This document shows, piece by piece, positions 50,807 to 64,000 of a stretch of 64,000 bases of DNA. This stretch comes from Mobula hypostoma (taxonomy: Eukaryota). The translations under genes were made by a program, and so were the position numbers. The first letter of the stretch is position 1. Each line of letters starts with the position of its first letter. The notes under the pieces were generated by a model. It made no database searches and was not told the DNA's origin. It saw only the letters and a program-made list of their open reading frames with translations. Location of the stretch: contig NC_086097.1 of NCBI RefSeq assembly GCF_963921235.1, positions 225,310,001 to 225,374,000 on the forward strand, written 5' to 3'.

Positions 50807-51575
50807 TCCACCATGGGAAAAGAATACTCACTATCCACCCTAATCTATGCCTCTCCTAATGTTGCAAACTTCCATCAGGTCACCCCTGAACCTCATGTTC
50901 CAGAGAAAACAATCCAAATTTTCCCAATCTCTCCTGTTAGCTAAGATTGTCGAAAAAGATGTGAAACTCTTCTGAACCCTCTCCAAATCCTTTCTATCAT
51001 TCCTGTAATCAGAACAGCACACAATCTCCAAATGTGCCTTTGATAAGATTTTATACAGCTGCAACATGGCTCCTTAAATTTCATACTTAACACCCAGACT
51101 GATGTAGGCAAGTATGCCATACACATTTTTCACAAGACTATTTACTTGTGATGCCCTTTTCAACTATCTATGGACTTGGATCCCAAGATTCCTCTGCATA
51201 TCAGTCTGCTAAGGGTCCTGTCGTTCACTGTATACTTTCTTCTTGCATTTGACCTCTCTAATTGCAACATCTCTTATGTGTGTTGGGCAACCACCATCTG
51301 CCATTTCTACACTTATACTTCAAGCTGAACAACATCTTACTGAATCTTCTGATACTATTTCTCGCTATCCACATCTCCACCTATTTTTAGTTGTCTGGAA
51401 ACTTACAAATTTACCCACTTACTTTTTTATCCAAGTCATTTATATGAAGGTCCCAACACTGACCCTTGTGAATACAACTGGTCACAGACCTCCAGGCAGA
51501 ATAATTCCCCTTCACCACTACCCTCCGTCTTCTAAGGCAATGCCAAATTTGACTCCAATTTGCCAGGTCTCTATG
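50807..51575 (-). mobile_element. Decayed CR1 fragment
   Basis: RRRVVVKGNYSAWRSVTS; MLQLYKIL...FRGDLMEV..RGID. Confidence 0.7.
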
Positions 51576-51861
51576 AAATCCCAGAGACACAAAATGTTTC
51601 AGATGCTGGAATCTGGAGTAATACATAAAACACTGAGTGGACTCAGCAAGTCAGACAGCATCTATGGAGGGAAATGGACAGTTGACATTGCTGGTCAAAA
51701 TCCAATGCCAACTGTCCATTCCTCCAGAATTTTACGTGTTACTCCATGAAGCCCATGTCCCTTAATCTTCAGAATCAGGTTTATTATCACTGGCATGTTA
51801 CATGAAATTTGTTAATTTAGCAGCACTAGTTCAATGCAATACATAATCTAGCAGAGAAAAA

Positions 51862-52520
51862 ATACCTGCCTAGTGGTGGAATACTCAGTTCCTGAATGGT
51901 TGTGGGAGTTGGATCTGCTCCGGGTACAGGAGCGGGAGCATTATTAGCGGAGATTGTCGGGGCAGCAGAAAAGGAGGACCTGCAGGATGCTGGAAGGGGG
52001 ACTGAGGCAGCCTGAAGCTGCTGAACTGAGATGGCGAGAACGTTAATAGACATCAGCTGATGCTGGCTGTTCACAGTGAGTTTGTGGATGGCAGCCATGA
52101 GAGCGGAAATCACAGACACCTGAGTCTGATTGTCTGCGGTGAGCTGTTGAACAGTTGCAGCTAGGGACGATACCTGTTTCTCCAAGTGAGACTGGGCTTG
52201 TTGACAAGAGGTTATCTGCCTCATTGCCTCCACAACTTCACTGAGAACAGATTCCATTGCCTGTAGCTTGTCTCCTAGCTGACCAATGAATCTCATGGCC
52301 AAGGGTAGCTGCTCTCTCTCTGCTGGGTCCATCTTTGTTGGTCGAGACTTGCTGTTACCAGGTTCGGATGTGGTCCCAGGCTGAACTACAGGGGATCTCG
52401 GAGCAGCAGTGGGCCCCAGAGACATGGCACGCAGGCCCACCACTGTGTGGACACGCCTTGGCGCCCGTCAACCACTGTCCAAGCTATGGGCAAATAGCTT
52501 TGTGGTAAGTCTGTTAAGAC
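51862..52520 (-). mobile_element. Gypsy (Sushi/chromovirus-like) LTR end plus gag N-terminus
   Basis: LTR-like end ggtaaca at 52353, then ATG 52332 MDPAE..., coiled coil, Pro/Ala linker, ELSIPPLGRY; truncated by a LINE tail at 51770-51862. Confidence 0.6.
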
Positions 52521-52825
52521 AAGTCAAGTCAAGTCAAGTCAAGTCACTTTTTATTGTCATTTCAACAATAACTGCTGATACAGAACATAGTAAAAATGAG
52601 ACAACGTTTTCCAGGACCATGGTGCTACATGAAACAATACAAAAACTACACTGAACTATGTAAGAAAAAAACACAAAAACTACACTAGACTACAGACCTA
52701 TCCAAGACTGCATAAAGTGCACAAAACAGTACAGGCACTACAATAAATAATAAACAAGACAATAGGCACAGTAGAGGGTATAGTAGGTTGGTGTCAAGCC
52801 AGGCTCTGGGTATTGAAGAGTCTGA
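52520..52825 (-). mobile_element. Rex1-type LINE 3' UTR with (gactt)n tail
   Basis: Same family as 3571-3961 and the 3' UTR of 23869-27040. Confidence 0.8.
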
Positions 52826-52834
52826 AACTGTTAC

Positions 52835-55800
52835 AAGCTAAGGGAGCACACTCTGACAGAAAAGCAATGTGCTGGCGGCGCGCAATAGACAGGCCTTAAC
52901 AGACCAAGGACCCGGCAGCCTCCTGCAGCCAAGATGTGGGACCGGTTGTCCTGGGCTCACCCTTGCCACTGGGATTTACCTCATCATGGTGAAGGTAGTG
53001 CTACTGGGGATGGCACACCCCGTGTGGCACTTTAAAATCTTCCTTGCGCAGGTCTCCACCTCTGACCACGGTGAACAATACCTGGACCTTACACATAGTT
53101 GAAGTCTGCCGGCGATGGGGCGTCTGGCAATGGGAGCAGGTACGAATGGACTGGGAGCTCCTAGTTGGAACCCTGCACTGTAGCGGCACCGGGTATTTGG
53201 TCGCTAGCAGTTGGGACTGAGTAGCAGCTGTTTTTGGCAGACTCCTGCGTGACTGAGCAGCCCTATTTAGGGACCGCACTGTTCACCCCAGTTGGGGAAG
53301 GGCCTAGAAAAGGTGGCCTAAAAATTGCCCGTTCAATCACTCACCTGGATAGGTTCCTGCGCCTATCAGGTTATTCCACTACTGCGGTCGAAATAAGAAA
53401 CAATACAACCTAAAACTGGCAACATGGAATGTAAGGACTCTCCTGGACTTGAATGGCATCTCTGACAGACCTCACCGGAGAACAGCCTTGATCGTTGCTG
53501 AGCTGAGGCACTACAACATCAACATTGCTGCCTTGAGTGAGACCAAGCTCCTGGATGAAGGCTCTTTAACAGAGGAAGGGATGAGTTGCACCTTCTTCTG
53601 GAAAGGTTTCCCCTCCAGGCGGACAACATCTCCACGGAGTAGGATTGGCCATCAAGAACACCTTTCTACCAAGTCTCACAGAAACACCTGTTGGCATTAG
53701 TGAAAGACTAATGACCCTCTGTATTCCCCTGGCAAAGAAACGTTATGCCATGCTTCTCAGTGCCTATGCACCAACTTTGCCATCTGAGAATGAGACCAAG
53801 GAATGCTCTTATCAGACATTGGATGAAGCTCTTTGCAGGATCCCTAAGAATGATAAGATCCTTTTGCTTGGGGACTTCAACACTAGTGTGGGACAGAACA
53901 GCAGGATATGGAGTGGAGTGCGAGGTAGGCATAGTTTTGGCCAGGTGAATGCAAATGGCATGAGGCTACTTACTCTTTCCTCTGAGCATAACCTTACCAT
54001 AACCAACACCATCCTCCAGCAGAAGGCAAAATATAAGACCTTGTGGATGCACCCTCGCTCTAAACATTCGCACATGATCGACTTCATCATTGTGAGACAT
54101 AGTGACATCAAGGATGTTCTCATCGCCCGTGCCATGAGAGGAGCAGAGTGCTTGACTGGCCACCATATGATTGTGGCCAAGCTCCATATGAAAGTGCGTC
54201 CCCCCTTGCGGCTGCAAAAACCCAATTAAAAGCGGCTAAATTGCAACCGCCTGAGAAACACAGAAGCAAGAAGTGAGTTTCGACACATCCTAGCTGAGAA
54301 ACTAAGGGAGCTGGAACCTTGTCTGAGCTCAGAAAATACCATGGAACAACGGTGGACCTATATCAGCTCTGCGTTCTATGAGGCTGCAGCCCAATCCATT
54401 GGCCATAAGAGCAGGAACTACCAAGACTGGTTTGACGGTAACTCAGACACCATCCACAACTTGCTTAAGGACATGCACGAAGCACACCGGGCAACTTTAG
54501 ACAACGCTTCATCCACCAGCATCAGACAGCATTGGCAGGCAGCTCGGAGGAAAGTGCAAAAGGCAATACGGGCCATACAAAATGAGTGGTGGACTGAAAA
54601 TACACATGAAATCCAGTCCTTTGCCGATAATAATGACATGCATAGTTCTTACAATGCTGTCAAAACCAACTACGGCCCAATAAATCGATGCGTTACTCCC
54701 CTGAAAATAGCAGATGGTCTAACACTTCTGAAGAATCAGAATACCATTCTGCTGAGATGGTCTGAGCATTTTAACACCCTGCTTAATCAGGACTCTGACG
54801 CAGACCCCACCATCCTGGATGAACTGCCTGAACTTCCTCCTATCCACGATCTCAGTCTACCACCAACCTTCCAGGAGGTTCTATCAGTTGTCCATTCCCT
54901 TAAGAACAACAAGTCCTCTGGCACTGACAATATCCCTGCTGAGTTACTGAAGAACGGAGGGTACATGTGTATGTGCACCCTCTACCAATACATCATTAAG
55001 GCCTGGACTAATGAGAACATCCCACATCAATGGAGAAATGCACGCATCGTTGTCATTTATAAGAACAAGGGGGACAAGGCCATCTGTGGCAATAGTAGGG
55101 GCATATCACTTCTTTCTGTTGCTGGAAAGGTCCTGGCTAAGGTGATGCTTCAGGAATTCATCAGCAACATCACCGAGTCAGTGCTGCCTGAATCACAGTG
55201 TGGATTTAGGAAGAACAGGAGCACGATCGACATGATCTTTACAGCCTGGCAGCTTCAGGAAAAGTGCCGGGAGCAACATCAGGATCTATTTATGGCCTTT
55301 GTTGACCTCTCCAAAGCATTCAACACTGTGCAAAGAAAGCCCTTATGGGATGCCTCCTCAGGTTTGGCCGTCCCAATAAATTTGTTAACATCCTCCGCCA
55401 GTTCCACGATGGGATGACTGCTCAGGTGACCATAGGAGGACAAGAGTCCGAGCCCTTCCTTGTATGCACAGGGGTGAGGCAGGGGTGTGTGCTAGCACCA
55501 GTGCTCTTTAACATCTTCCTCTTATGTGTTACCAAGCTTCTCCACAATGAGACTGAAGACAGCAGTGGTGTGGCAGTCGACGTCAGATTAGATGGCAACC
55601 TCTTTGACATCAGGAGGCTCCACACAACCACCAAACTCCATAGGGATCAGGTCCTGGAGCTGCAGTATGCAGACGACTGTGCTCTTGTGGCCCATACTCT
55701 GGAGGATCTTCAGACTGTCCTTGCTGTGGCGGTGAGAGCGTACAGCAGGATGGGGCTGACTGTCAATACCACTAAGACAGAAGTACCAGTGTCCCACCCA

Positions 55801-56545
55801 CTCTATCTGCCTTCACTGTTGGTGATGAAAAGCTGTCAGTAGTGCCACCTTTCAAATATCTGGGGAGCATTCTCTCTGAGGATAGCGGCATTGACAACGA
55901 CAATTGAACAGGCATTAGCTGCCTTTGGGAGACTTCGGTGTAGAGTCTTTCAGAACAGAAGCCTTCATCCCTCCACAAAGGTGGCTGTATACCAAGCTGT
56001 CTGTGTCACTACCCTCCATTATATCTGTGAAGCTTGGGTAACCTATAGCCATCATATCAAGTCCGTGGAGCGCTTCCACATAAGCTGCCTCCAGCGCATC
56101 CTGGCAATTACCTGGCGTGAGCGGGTGCCTCACATTGAAATATTTGTAAAGACCAACTGCAGAAGTATTGAAGCCTTGATCACCCAGCGTCAGCGGCAGT
56201 GGGTGGGGCACGTAATAAGGATGCCCCCATGTCGGCTACCCCACAGAGTGTTATACGGCCAGCTACATCATGGTTGACACTCAGCTGGAAGGCTGAAGAA
56301 GCGCTATAAAGATCAGATGAAGAATGCTTTAAGGAAGTGCAAGATCAGACCCGAGGACTGAGGTTGCTGCTGACCATACAACTTGGCGACAGCTGTGTAG
56401 GGACGGGATTCGTATTCTGGAGATGGAAAGAACAACCAGAAGACAGCAGAAGAGAGCCAGGAGAAATGCAGCCATGGTTGCCACCACTACTACATATACA
56501 TGTCCCACCTGCAAGAGATTGTGGGTCCAGGATAGGACTGTATAG
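52835..56545 (+). mobile_element. Near full-length RTE (BovB-like) LINE, frameshifted
   Basis: KLATWNVRTLLD..RRTALI..IAALSET endonuclease; SAYAPT..GDFN; ESQCGFRKNRSTIDMIF; GVRQGCVLAP; LQYADD; C-terminal C..CGSRIGLYS cut by CR1. Confidence 0.92.
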
Positions 56546-57905
56546 TCAATAGACAATAGACAATAGGTGCAGGAGTAGGCCATTCAGCCCTTCGAACCAG
56601 CACCACCATTCACTGTGATCATGGCTGATCATCCACAATCAGCACCCGTTTCCTGCCTTCTCCCCATATCTCTTCACTCCGCTATCTTTAGGAGCTCTAT
56701 CTAACTCTTTCTTGAAAGAATCCAGAGAATTGGCCTCCACTGCCTTCTGGGGCAGAGCATTCCACAGAACCACAACCCTCTGTGTGAAAAAGTTTTTCCT
56801 CTACTCCGTTCTAAATGGTCTACCCCTTATTCTTAAACTGTGGCCTCTGGTTCTGGACCCCCCAACATCGGGAACATGTTTCCTGCCTCTAGCGTGTCCA
56901 ATCCCTTAATAATCTTACATGTTTCAATCAGATCCACTCTCATCCTTCTAAATTCCAGAGTCTACAACCCCAGTCGCTCCAATCTTTCAACATATGACAG
57001 TCCTGCCATCCCGGGAATTAACCTCGCGTACCTATGCTGCACTCCCTCAATAGCTAGAATGTCCTGCCCCAAATCTGAATACAAAAACTGCACACAATAT
57101 TCCAGATAAGGTCTCACCAGGGCCCTGTACAACTGCAGAAGGATCTCTTTGCTCCTATACTCAATTCCCCTTGTTATAAAGGCCAGCATGCCATTAGCTT
57201 CCTTCACTGCCTGCTGTACCTGCATGCTTACGTCCAGTGACTGATGAACAAGGACACCTAGATCTTGTTGTACTTCCCCTTTTCCTAACTTGACACCATT
57301 CAGATAGTAACCTGCCGTCCTGTTCTTGCTACCAAAGTGGATAACCTCACATTTATCCACATTAAATTGCATTTGCCATGCATCTGTCCACTCACCCAAC
57401 CTGTCCAAGTCACCCTGCATTCTCATAACATCTTCCTCCCATTTCACACTGCCACCCAGCTTTGTGTCATCTGCAAATTTGCTAATGTTACTTTTAATCC
57501 CTTCATCTAAATCATTATTGTATATTGTAAATAGCTGCGGTCCCAGCATTAATCCTTACTCTTTGTTTCCTGTCTGCCAATCAATTTTCTATCCATGTCA
57601 GTACCGTACCCCCAATACCATGTGCTCTAATTTTGCACACTAACCTCCTATGTAAGACCTTATCAAAGGCTCTCTGAAAGTCCAGGTACACTACATCCAC
57701 TGACTTCCCCATGTCCATTTTCATAGTTACATTTTCAAAAAATTCTAGAAGATTAGTCAAATATGATTTCCTCTTCGTAAATCCATGCTGACTCGGATCT
57801 ATTCTGCCACTGCTATCCAAATATGCTGCTATTTCATCTTTTATAATTGATTCCAACATCTTCCCCACCACAGATGTCAGACTAACTGGTCGATAATTGC
57901 CTGTA
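56546..57905 (-). mobile_element. CR1 LINE, 5'-truncated
   Basis: NYRPVSLTSVVGK..DFQRAFDKV; KFADDTKLGG; (ctattgt)n tail. Confidence 0.92.
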
Positions 57906-57991
57906 ATAGTCATAATAGTCATCAAAGTTCTCATCGTTAAAGGAGTGGACGTTGTCATTGGATTTCGATGGACAACTGAAGAACAGCAGAG

Positions 57992-57993
<2 letters not shown>

Positions 57994-58034
<41 letters not shown>

Positions 58035-58038
58035 CACA
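57994..58038. repeat. (GT)n-(GC)n microsatellite
   Basis: gtgtgt...gtgcgcgcgcgtgcac. Confidence 0.9.
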
Positions 58039-61000
58039 TGCATGTATGTTTATGTGATTATGTGCAAATTGTCTTCATGTCAGATCATGCATTTTCTTTC
58101 CATATTGCTCCACTGTGTGGAGGTTCTCTATCTGACAGGAAGACTCTTGTAGCTAACCCTGTAGGCTCTTGCAGACTCCTGCAAGGTCTCCTGGCCTGGT
58201 CCCTCCTCTGGTACACAGGGTGTCATTCCTGCCCATTATGTCCTGGACCAGGACTTCAATGCTCTTTTGAGTGACTCTTAGAACCGCATTTTCTGTGCTG
58301 TGTGTTCCTAAGGATGTCTTTAATTGCTGATGCCTTATCTATTTGCCATGTACAAAAGCATTGGCAGATCTGTTGAGTTGAATGTAGTCTTGTCGAGAGC
58401 TTTCCAAATCCTGCTTTCAGGCTTAATTCTGGGTATAAATCACCTGGAAACTGACTCTAATACCTTGCCGGTAAATATTAGATGTTTCTGCAGGAGATCC
58501 AAATTAGCATTACCATTATATCTACCCCATACTTGATCACAAGACGGATGAATTTTTAAGCACAAAGCTCTCAATTAACAATTTAAGCATAACACTAAAT
58601 GCTGAATAAAAACTGGAAAATTTGTAACCAAAATAGAAACTAAATATTATAAATAATTACCCCTAAAATTAAAAATAAGTAAAATTATTTTGCCTGTAAA
58701 TTTGTATCTAGTTAGTTATGTGAAACACAGTTATTTGCACTTATTGTTGACACTCTGTTCTGTGAAATTCAAGATTCAACTCAATGTGTTGTTGCTACTA
58801 TATAGAGCACTTAGTGCAACTGACCTGAGATGAATTTCTATCCACTTGTATTTTGAGATACTCACATGAGAATTTAAAGTACACATGCACTAAATTAGTC
58901 TTTTAGAAGCAGGTAGTTTGCTCAGTAATAATTGCGGCTTAGTACACGATTAAAAATTTACGGAGCTCATTTAACAATGCATAAGAATTTCAGGGTATGT
59001 TACACTGAGACATGTCCATAAACTCTGAAAATTCACATTAGTCCAAGAGATTTCCTTTGATTGCAGTGGTGATTGCTGTGGAAGAGGAAGCTTTTGAAAG
59101 TTGCTTTAAGCCACTGATGGTGACTTTTATTTTAAAGTAAATCTCCAAGGTTCAGGATGTATCCTTCATTGAAGGTAGAAGCTAGAAGTTTGTCGTCATT
59201 ACCACAGCAAAATTTGTGCTTATATTAATTTATGTGGATGTTTTCTGAGTAGGTCCAATGATTAAGAAATGGTTTTTCCTAGACTTACTGATCAAAGTAG
59301 TCAAAACACTATCACAACATCTTCACTCTGTAATAATGAAGCATTAATTATAATGGATTTGACAAGAAAATTTTATTGAAAGAATGAAGTGGAAAGGCAA
59401 ACCGTTTCTTGGTTTGCTGCATTAACAGAACTAATATACTTCAGAACTATTATTCTAAGGGGTGACATTGGTAATGAAAAATGATGTGATTGCACAAAAC
59501 TTTCAAATGCATCCTTGATTTAATAGTTTTCTTTGCAGGAAAATAATCATCCACAGCAGAAAAAGAACTGTTGTAAAGGGTTTCAGAATTAACAATTTCA
59601 CATCATGACTGATGATTCATAGACCATTTTCTGTTTATATTAGAAATTCCACTTTGAATGCCCCAGAACCAATATGATCAGTAAAATAAGTATGATGAGG
59701 ACTAATGGTCTGGTAAGTTTGTTTCTCTGAGGGATATAGAATTTCCAGCATATAAAAGAACATTTACAGTGATATCTTTACAGCTTAATGACAGCTGCTT
59801 AGGTTCCATATTCTAACCTTTCCACTTAAAATCATAATTTTGTCTCCCGCATTACCCCAGCAGTTTTATACGTTACATTAAGATTAACAGCTCAATGTCA
59901 ACAACCATAAAATTATTCCAAGATGCCACTTAATTTGCTGCACTCAGTCCTACTACAATTCAGTAGCATGCGGTCAGGAGATTATTACAGTAATTGACAT
60001 GCTGAACTTCATTTGCTTTTGTAACATCTGCCAATAAACATTAATTCCACTGATTTAAGATTGTGATGTCAAGAGTAATAACAATATAATTAGTTCTAAT
60101 TTTTTTAAAAAGCAAAGTATCACTACAAATAAAATTCTAAATTGTCTTTCCAAAGTTAAAATTTGGTGGCACTGGCTTTGTTGTATACAGCTGGACAATG
60201 TTGTGTTTGTCCAGACTTCTTCTAAATGAATGTCAACTTCTTTTACCTCGGCCACAACCAATCGATACTTCATTAGGGTGAATCGTCTTGTGCCCATGCA
60301 ACCTTGAAGCTGTGGCTTAATTACCACCCATGTTATGCAGTGGCTGTGAGAGACAAGCACAGCTGTGCCCGACTGTGACAATTGCTGCGCCGTTGGTTAT
60401 ATCGTACAAGGAACGATCCCAGCTTCTGGCACTTTTAAAAGATTTAAGCACTTCACTCCTAAAGGATGAATACAGAAAAAAAGGCAGAATGAATGACTGA
60501 CAGTGGTTAAAACTTATGCAGACAATTTGCTTCAGAAATTTATAAGGCATTTTTATTTGCTTAAATTTTTCCTTCAATAATTGATGAAGCATTCTTTCTG
60601 TTTGTAGAATAAAATGTTAAAATGATAATGTTAGTTTACAATTCACCAAGACAACATTTGTCTCACATACAAAAACAAAATCCAGAAACCAGCAGCTAAA
60701 TGGCAATTGTGACAAATGACATCTCTTGTCTTGGAGTCACTTTTCTTCACAAGACTGATTTGTCATCTGCACTTTTGACATTTTTCATCCTACTACCAAA
60801 TCAAGTTGACAGCATAAGCTATTTCATAAACCTCCAAAGTTGACAGTGGGGCCAAAATAGTTTGCAATATTTCAATCTGTTCTCAGTTTTTGACTTTCTA
60901 GTTGTTCAAGGTAATATCAGCCAGGGTCTTTCCACTCTCCAGCAGCTAATAACATGGCAAGATGATTATTAATTAGGATTCATGTGGCTTTAGCTTTGCC

Positions 61001-63364
61001 TATTTACAACCGAGTAATTGTTAAGTTTAATTAGAGCCAGAATATAGTGTAAGAACTAAACATGATATTTCTGGTATCACTGGAAAAGTTCTTAATAATT
61101 AGAAAGAAAAAACAAAGCAAACTTTAGTTAGTCATTTATTTATAATAATTTTTATTTTAAAAGTGAATTCATAGTGAAATTATGGAATAATTGGAAAAAA
61201 TAATTTTTGACAAGAGCAAATGAAGTTTGAGTTTTCTATTCAACTTCACTGAAATGCAGACATCAACAGAATAAATATTAATTTGTTGACTCCAGATTTT
61301 TGGCCTCTTTGGGACTTCGGGAGTTTGCAGAGCAGACTCAATGGGCCAAATGGCCTAATTCTGCTCCTAGGTCTTATGATCAACTTGGGTACCAATATGG
61401 CCTTATGGAGGTATTAAGTTGGAGGGTATCGTATTTATCAGAGCATTGTATTTTCATACTTATGAGGGCATCAGGTCGCCGGGCGACATTCTCAGCACTG
61501 GCTTCCGAAACCACCCACCCTCTTTGTTTTTGGAGTACGTGTCTGGAAGGCTCCCTGGTTCCTGTCAGGCTATCCCACCTCCACCGCATAGCAGTCAAAA
61601 ATATTCGAGCCTGGTTTATTCCTGGTCATACCAAACTGCACCGTTTCCCAAGGCAGTTTCAGGTGCAGAATGCCTTACAGTCACAGTTCTAGCCACTGTA
61701 TACTTGCCCTTTAAGAGGTCCAGGCTAACTTTAAGCACCACAGGCTAGCTTTAACTGGTATTGGCCTCTCACGACTTTAATCCCGACTGAAGCATCCAGC
61801 CAATAAGAAGGTGATGAGCTGAAGGATGTACAGTACAAGACAAATAAATAGCAAGTAGCACAAAACAGATGTGCTGCCTCTTTGCCCATGTATGGATCCA
61901 CTGATGTCGTTATTTTGGATCCATTTTAAGGGGCTCTTGAACTTAGCCTACTCCTCCTAGACTTGACTCTCTTGACTTTCTGACACAGAGTAATGGACGT
62001 TTAACATTAAAGCTTTGAAATTTTAAAGGACCAGGGAATATCCTGACACCAATCTCAGCCAGATCCCTGAGTGTACAAAATGCTTCTAGTTTAACCTGCA
62101 ACGGAGACATATGGGGGAATAGAGAGAGGAAATAAAAACATCATTACTTTTATGTTATCCCTTCTCAGCATCAGTTTTATACAGTCTGTTTTTAATTTCA
62201 TTATTCCTTGCATCTGCCTGAAAGGCCTTTTGTCATATAACAATATTTCCTTCTCTTCTACCTCAAGTTGTAAAAAGTCAGCAGAATATTTTGTACTCTT
62301 GAATTCATCAGAATCTGCTAACACTCTCTCTCAAGTTGATTAATGCAGATCTCACTGGCTTGAATAGAGTATCATTAATAATATTTCTACCGTTATATTT
62401 TGCACAAAATCTTACTCCTGCAAATTAAGGTAAGATATTTTGTCAATACCACACCTTGTGAGTAGGGGGTCAGAATGCATACTAGTGTCTTTTTAACTCA
62501 TATGCTTGTGTTATTTCTATTATTAGTGTGTGTTATTACTTCTGGCATGTCACAAGAGGAGAGAAGAAATCAAAGCCTAACAATTTTCCTTCATTTTCTG
62601 GCCTGTGCAACCATTAAAATGCAGTCCAACATTATACAGAGAGAAAAAAATTCTGTTATCATCTCATTCACTGATAACAAATCCCTGGCCTAATATGTTC
62701 TGATATTTTTGGTGCTCATTTATCATACGACCTTCCTTGCTATCAATAATGCTGTGGAAGAATACAGCAGAGATGCTGAGGCGAGGGTGCACAGAAGTCA
62801 GATTGCTTCCAAAAGTAATAGTGGTCAGCCATTCCAATTTATGCTTGCATTCAAACTAAAGGTGTCTGGAGGAGAGAATTTGTTATTAAAATTTGATCTT
62901 GCTGTCTAGGCACTGCCACCTAGAATTTGCAACTTTCAGTAGTGATGGGAGCACCAAGGGGGGTTAAATGAATTTCTGTTTGAATTATGATATTAATAAA
63001 ATACAGCACAGTTGTTCAGACATTCATAATTTGAAATAAAATTTAGTAAAACCTATTTAAGGGATTTGCTAAGCATCTCACTTTAGTCACTGTGTGTAGA
63101 ATTGAGTCATTATTATTAGCTGTTTATTTGTATCTTTTATCTTGTAAATAATTATGAAATTGATTGATATTGATTTGTTTGGGGTTTAAATTTAATTCTT
63201 TTAGAAAGTTACAACTAATATTTTTAGACTATTTTTGGGTGTATATTAGTTGACATACTTGTTTGTTGGAAGTTACAGGCTCACTTTCAGAACAGAAAGA
63301 AAGTGTTATATTTTGTAACTTCAAAACATTAAAATAATTCAAGGAAGGACACGAGAGTCTGAAA

Positions 63365-63548
63365 TGTAAGGTTACTTTAAGTGAGGCGCTCACATATCAC
63401 GCGGTAGCATGATGGCATTTGCAATTTACCTATTTATACGTACGACGCACAATGAATTATTCAAAATAAACAAGAACACTTACTCAAACTATATATATAT
63501 ATATATACAAGTTTACTCATATATTACTGAAATGTTAAATACAGAACA
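63365..63548 (+). mobile_element. Possible short solo LTR
   Basis: tgtaag...agaaca termini, internal AATAAA, flanks gaaa/gaag. Confidence 0.35.
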
Positions 63549-63609
63549 GAAGGTGGCTTGTATTTCCAGCTGGGCCACTCTTTAGGATTGGATATGTCAT
63601 GTTGTAACA

Positions 63610-64000
63610 AGTGGAGAGAAGGAGCGAGGCTGGGGATTAGTGGCAGTGCTGTGCGGCGGGGCTGTGAGGAATGGAGAGAAGGGCTGGTGACGGGGATTGC
63701 TGGTAGTGTTTACAGTGAGGCTGTAAGGGGAGAGAAGGGATGGTGGTAGTGTGTACAGCGAGGCTGTAAGGAATGGAGAGAAGGGATTGGTGGTAATGCT
63801 GTGTAGTGGTGTTGTAAGGGGAGAGAAGGAATAGTGGTGGGGATTGGTAGTAGTGTGCACAGTGGTGCTGTAAGGGGAGAGAAGGGATAGCGGTGGGGAT
63901 TGATGGTAGTGTGTACAGCGAGGCGGTAATGAATTGGAGAGAATGGATGGTGGTGGGGATTGGTGCTAGTGTACACAGTGGTGCTGTAAGGGGAGAGAAG
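63610..64000 (+). repeat. G-rich minisatellite, ~50-60 bp unit, runs off the window end
   Basis: Repeated ggagagaagggatggtggtggggattggtggtagtgtgtacag...gctgtaagg. Confidence 0.85.

Noticed and set aside
61300..62343. ORFs at 61300-61748 and 62091-62324 as host exons
   Set aside because: No recognisable protein and no consistent splice-flanked open frame; the first starts in a CR1 tail remnant
63610..64000. CRISPR-like array
   Set aside because: Degenerate tandem units without unique spacers, in eukaryotic context
1..64000. Most short ORFs in the supplied track
   Set aside because: Antisense or off-frame shadows of TE sequence, or chance ORFs in AT-rich DNA

Overview
Vertebrate nuclear DNA, most likely a cartilaginous fish (inferred from the repeat families). 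The window is dominated by decayed, often nested transposable elements: many CR1 LINEs, Rex1/Babar LINEs, two RTE LINEs, Penelope-like elements with GIY-YIG endonuclease and minimal hammerhead ribozyme motifs, Gypsy LTR elements, Harbinger, Tc1, Tigger-like and hAT-like DNA elements, and SINEs. No intact host gene is recognisable. The main observation is a pair of related non-autonomous Gypsy elements (3436-7230 on +, 14313-16415 on -). In each, the RT/RNaseH/integrase core is replaced by an apparently intronless piece of a different host mRNA. The first carries the RABEP1 (Rabaptin-5) N-terminal coiled coil and the second the SH3KBP1 (CIN85) C-terminal coiled coil. Both are fused in frame at their 5' junction to the retroelement protease/pol frame. 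Also notable is a ~2.1 kb inverted Penelope insertion with a 14-bp target-site duplication. Family calls rest on motif recognition by eye, not database searches, and boundaries of old repeats are approximate.
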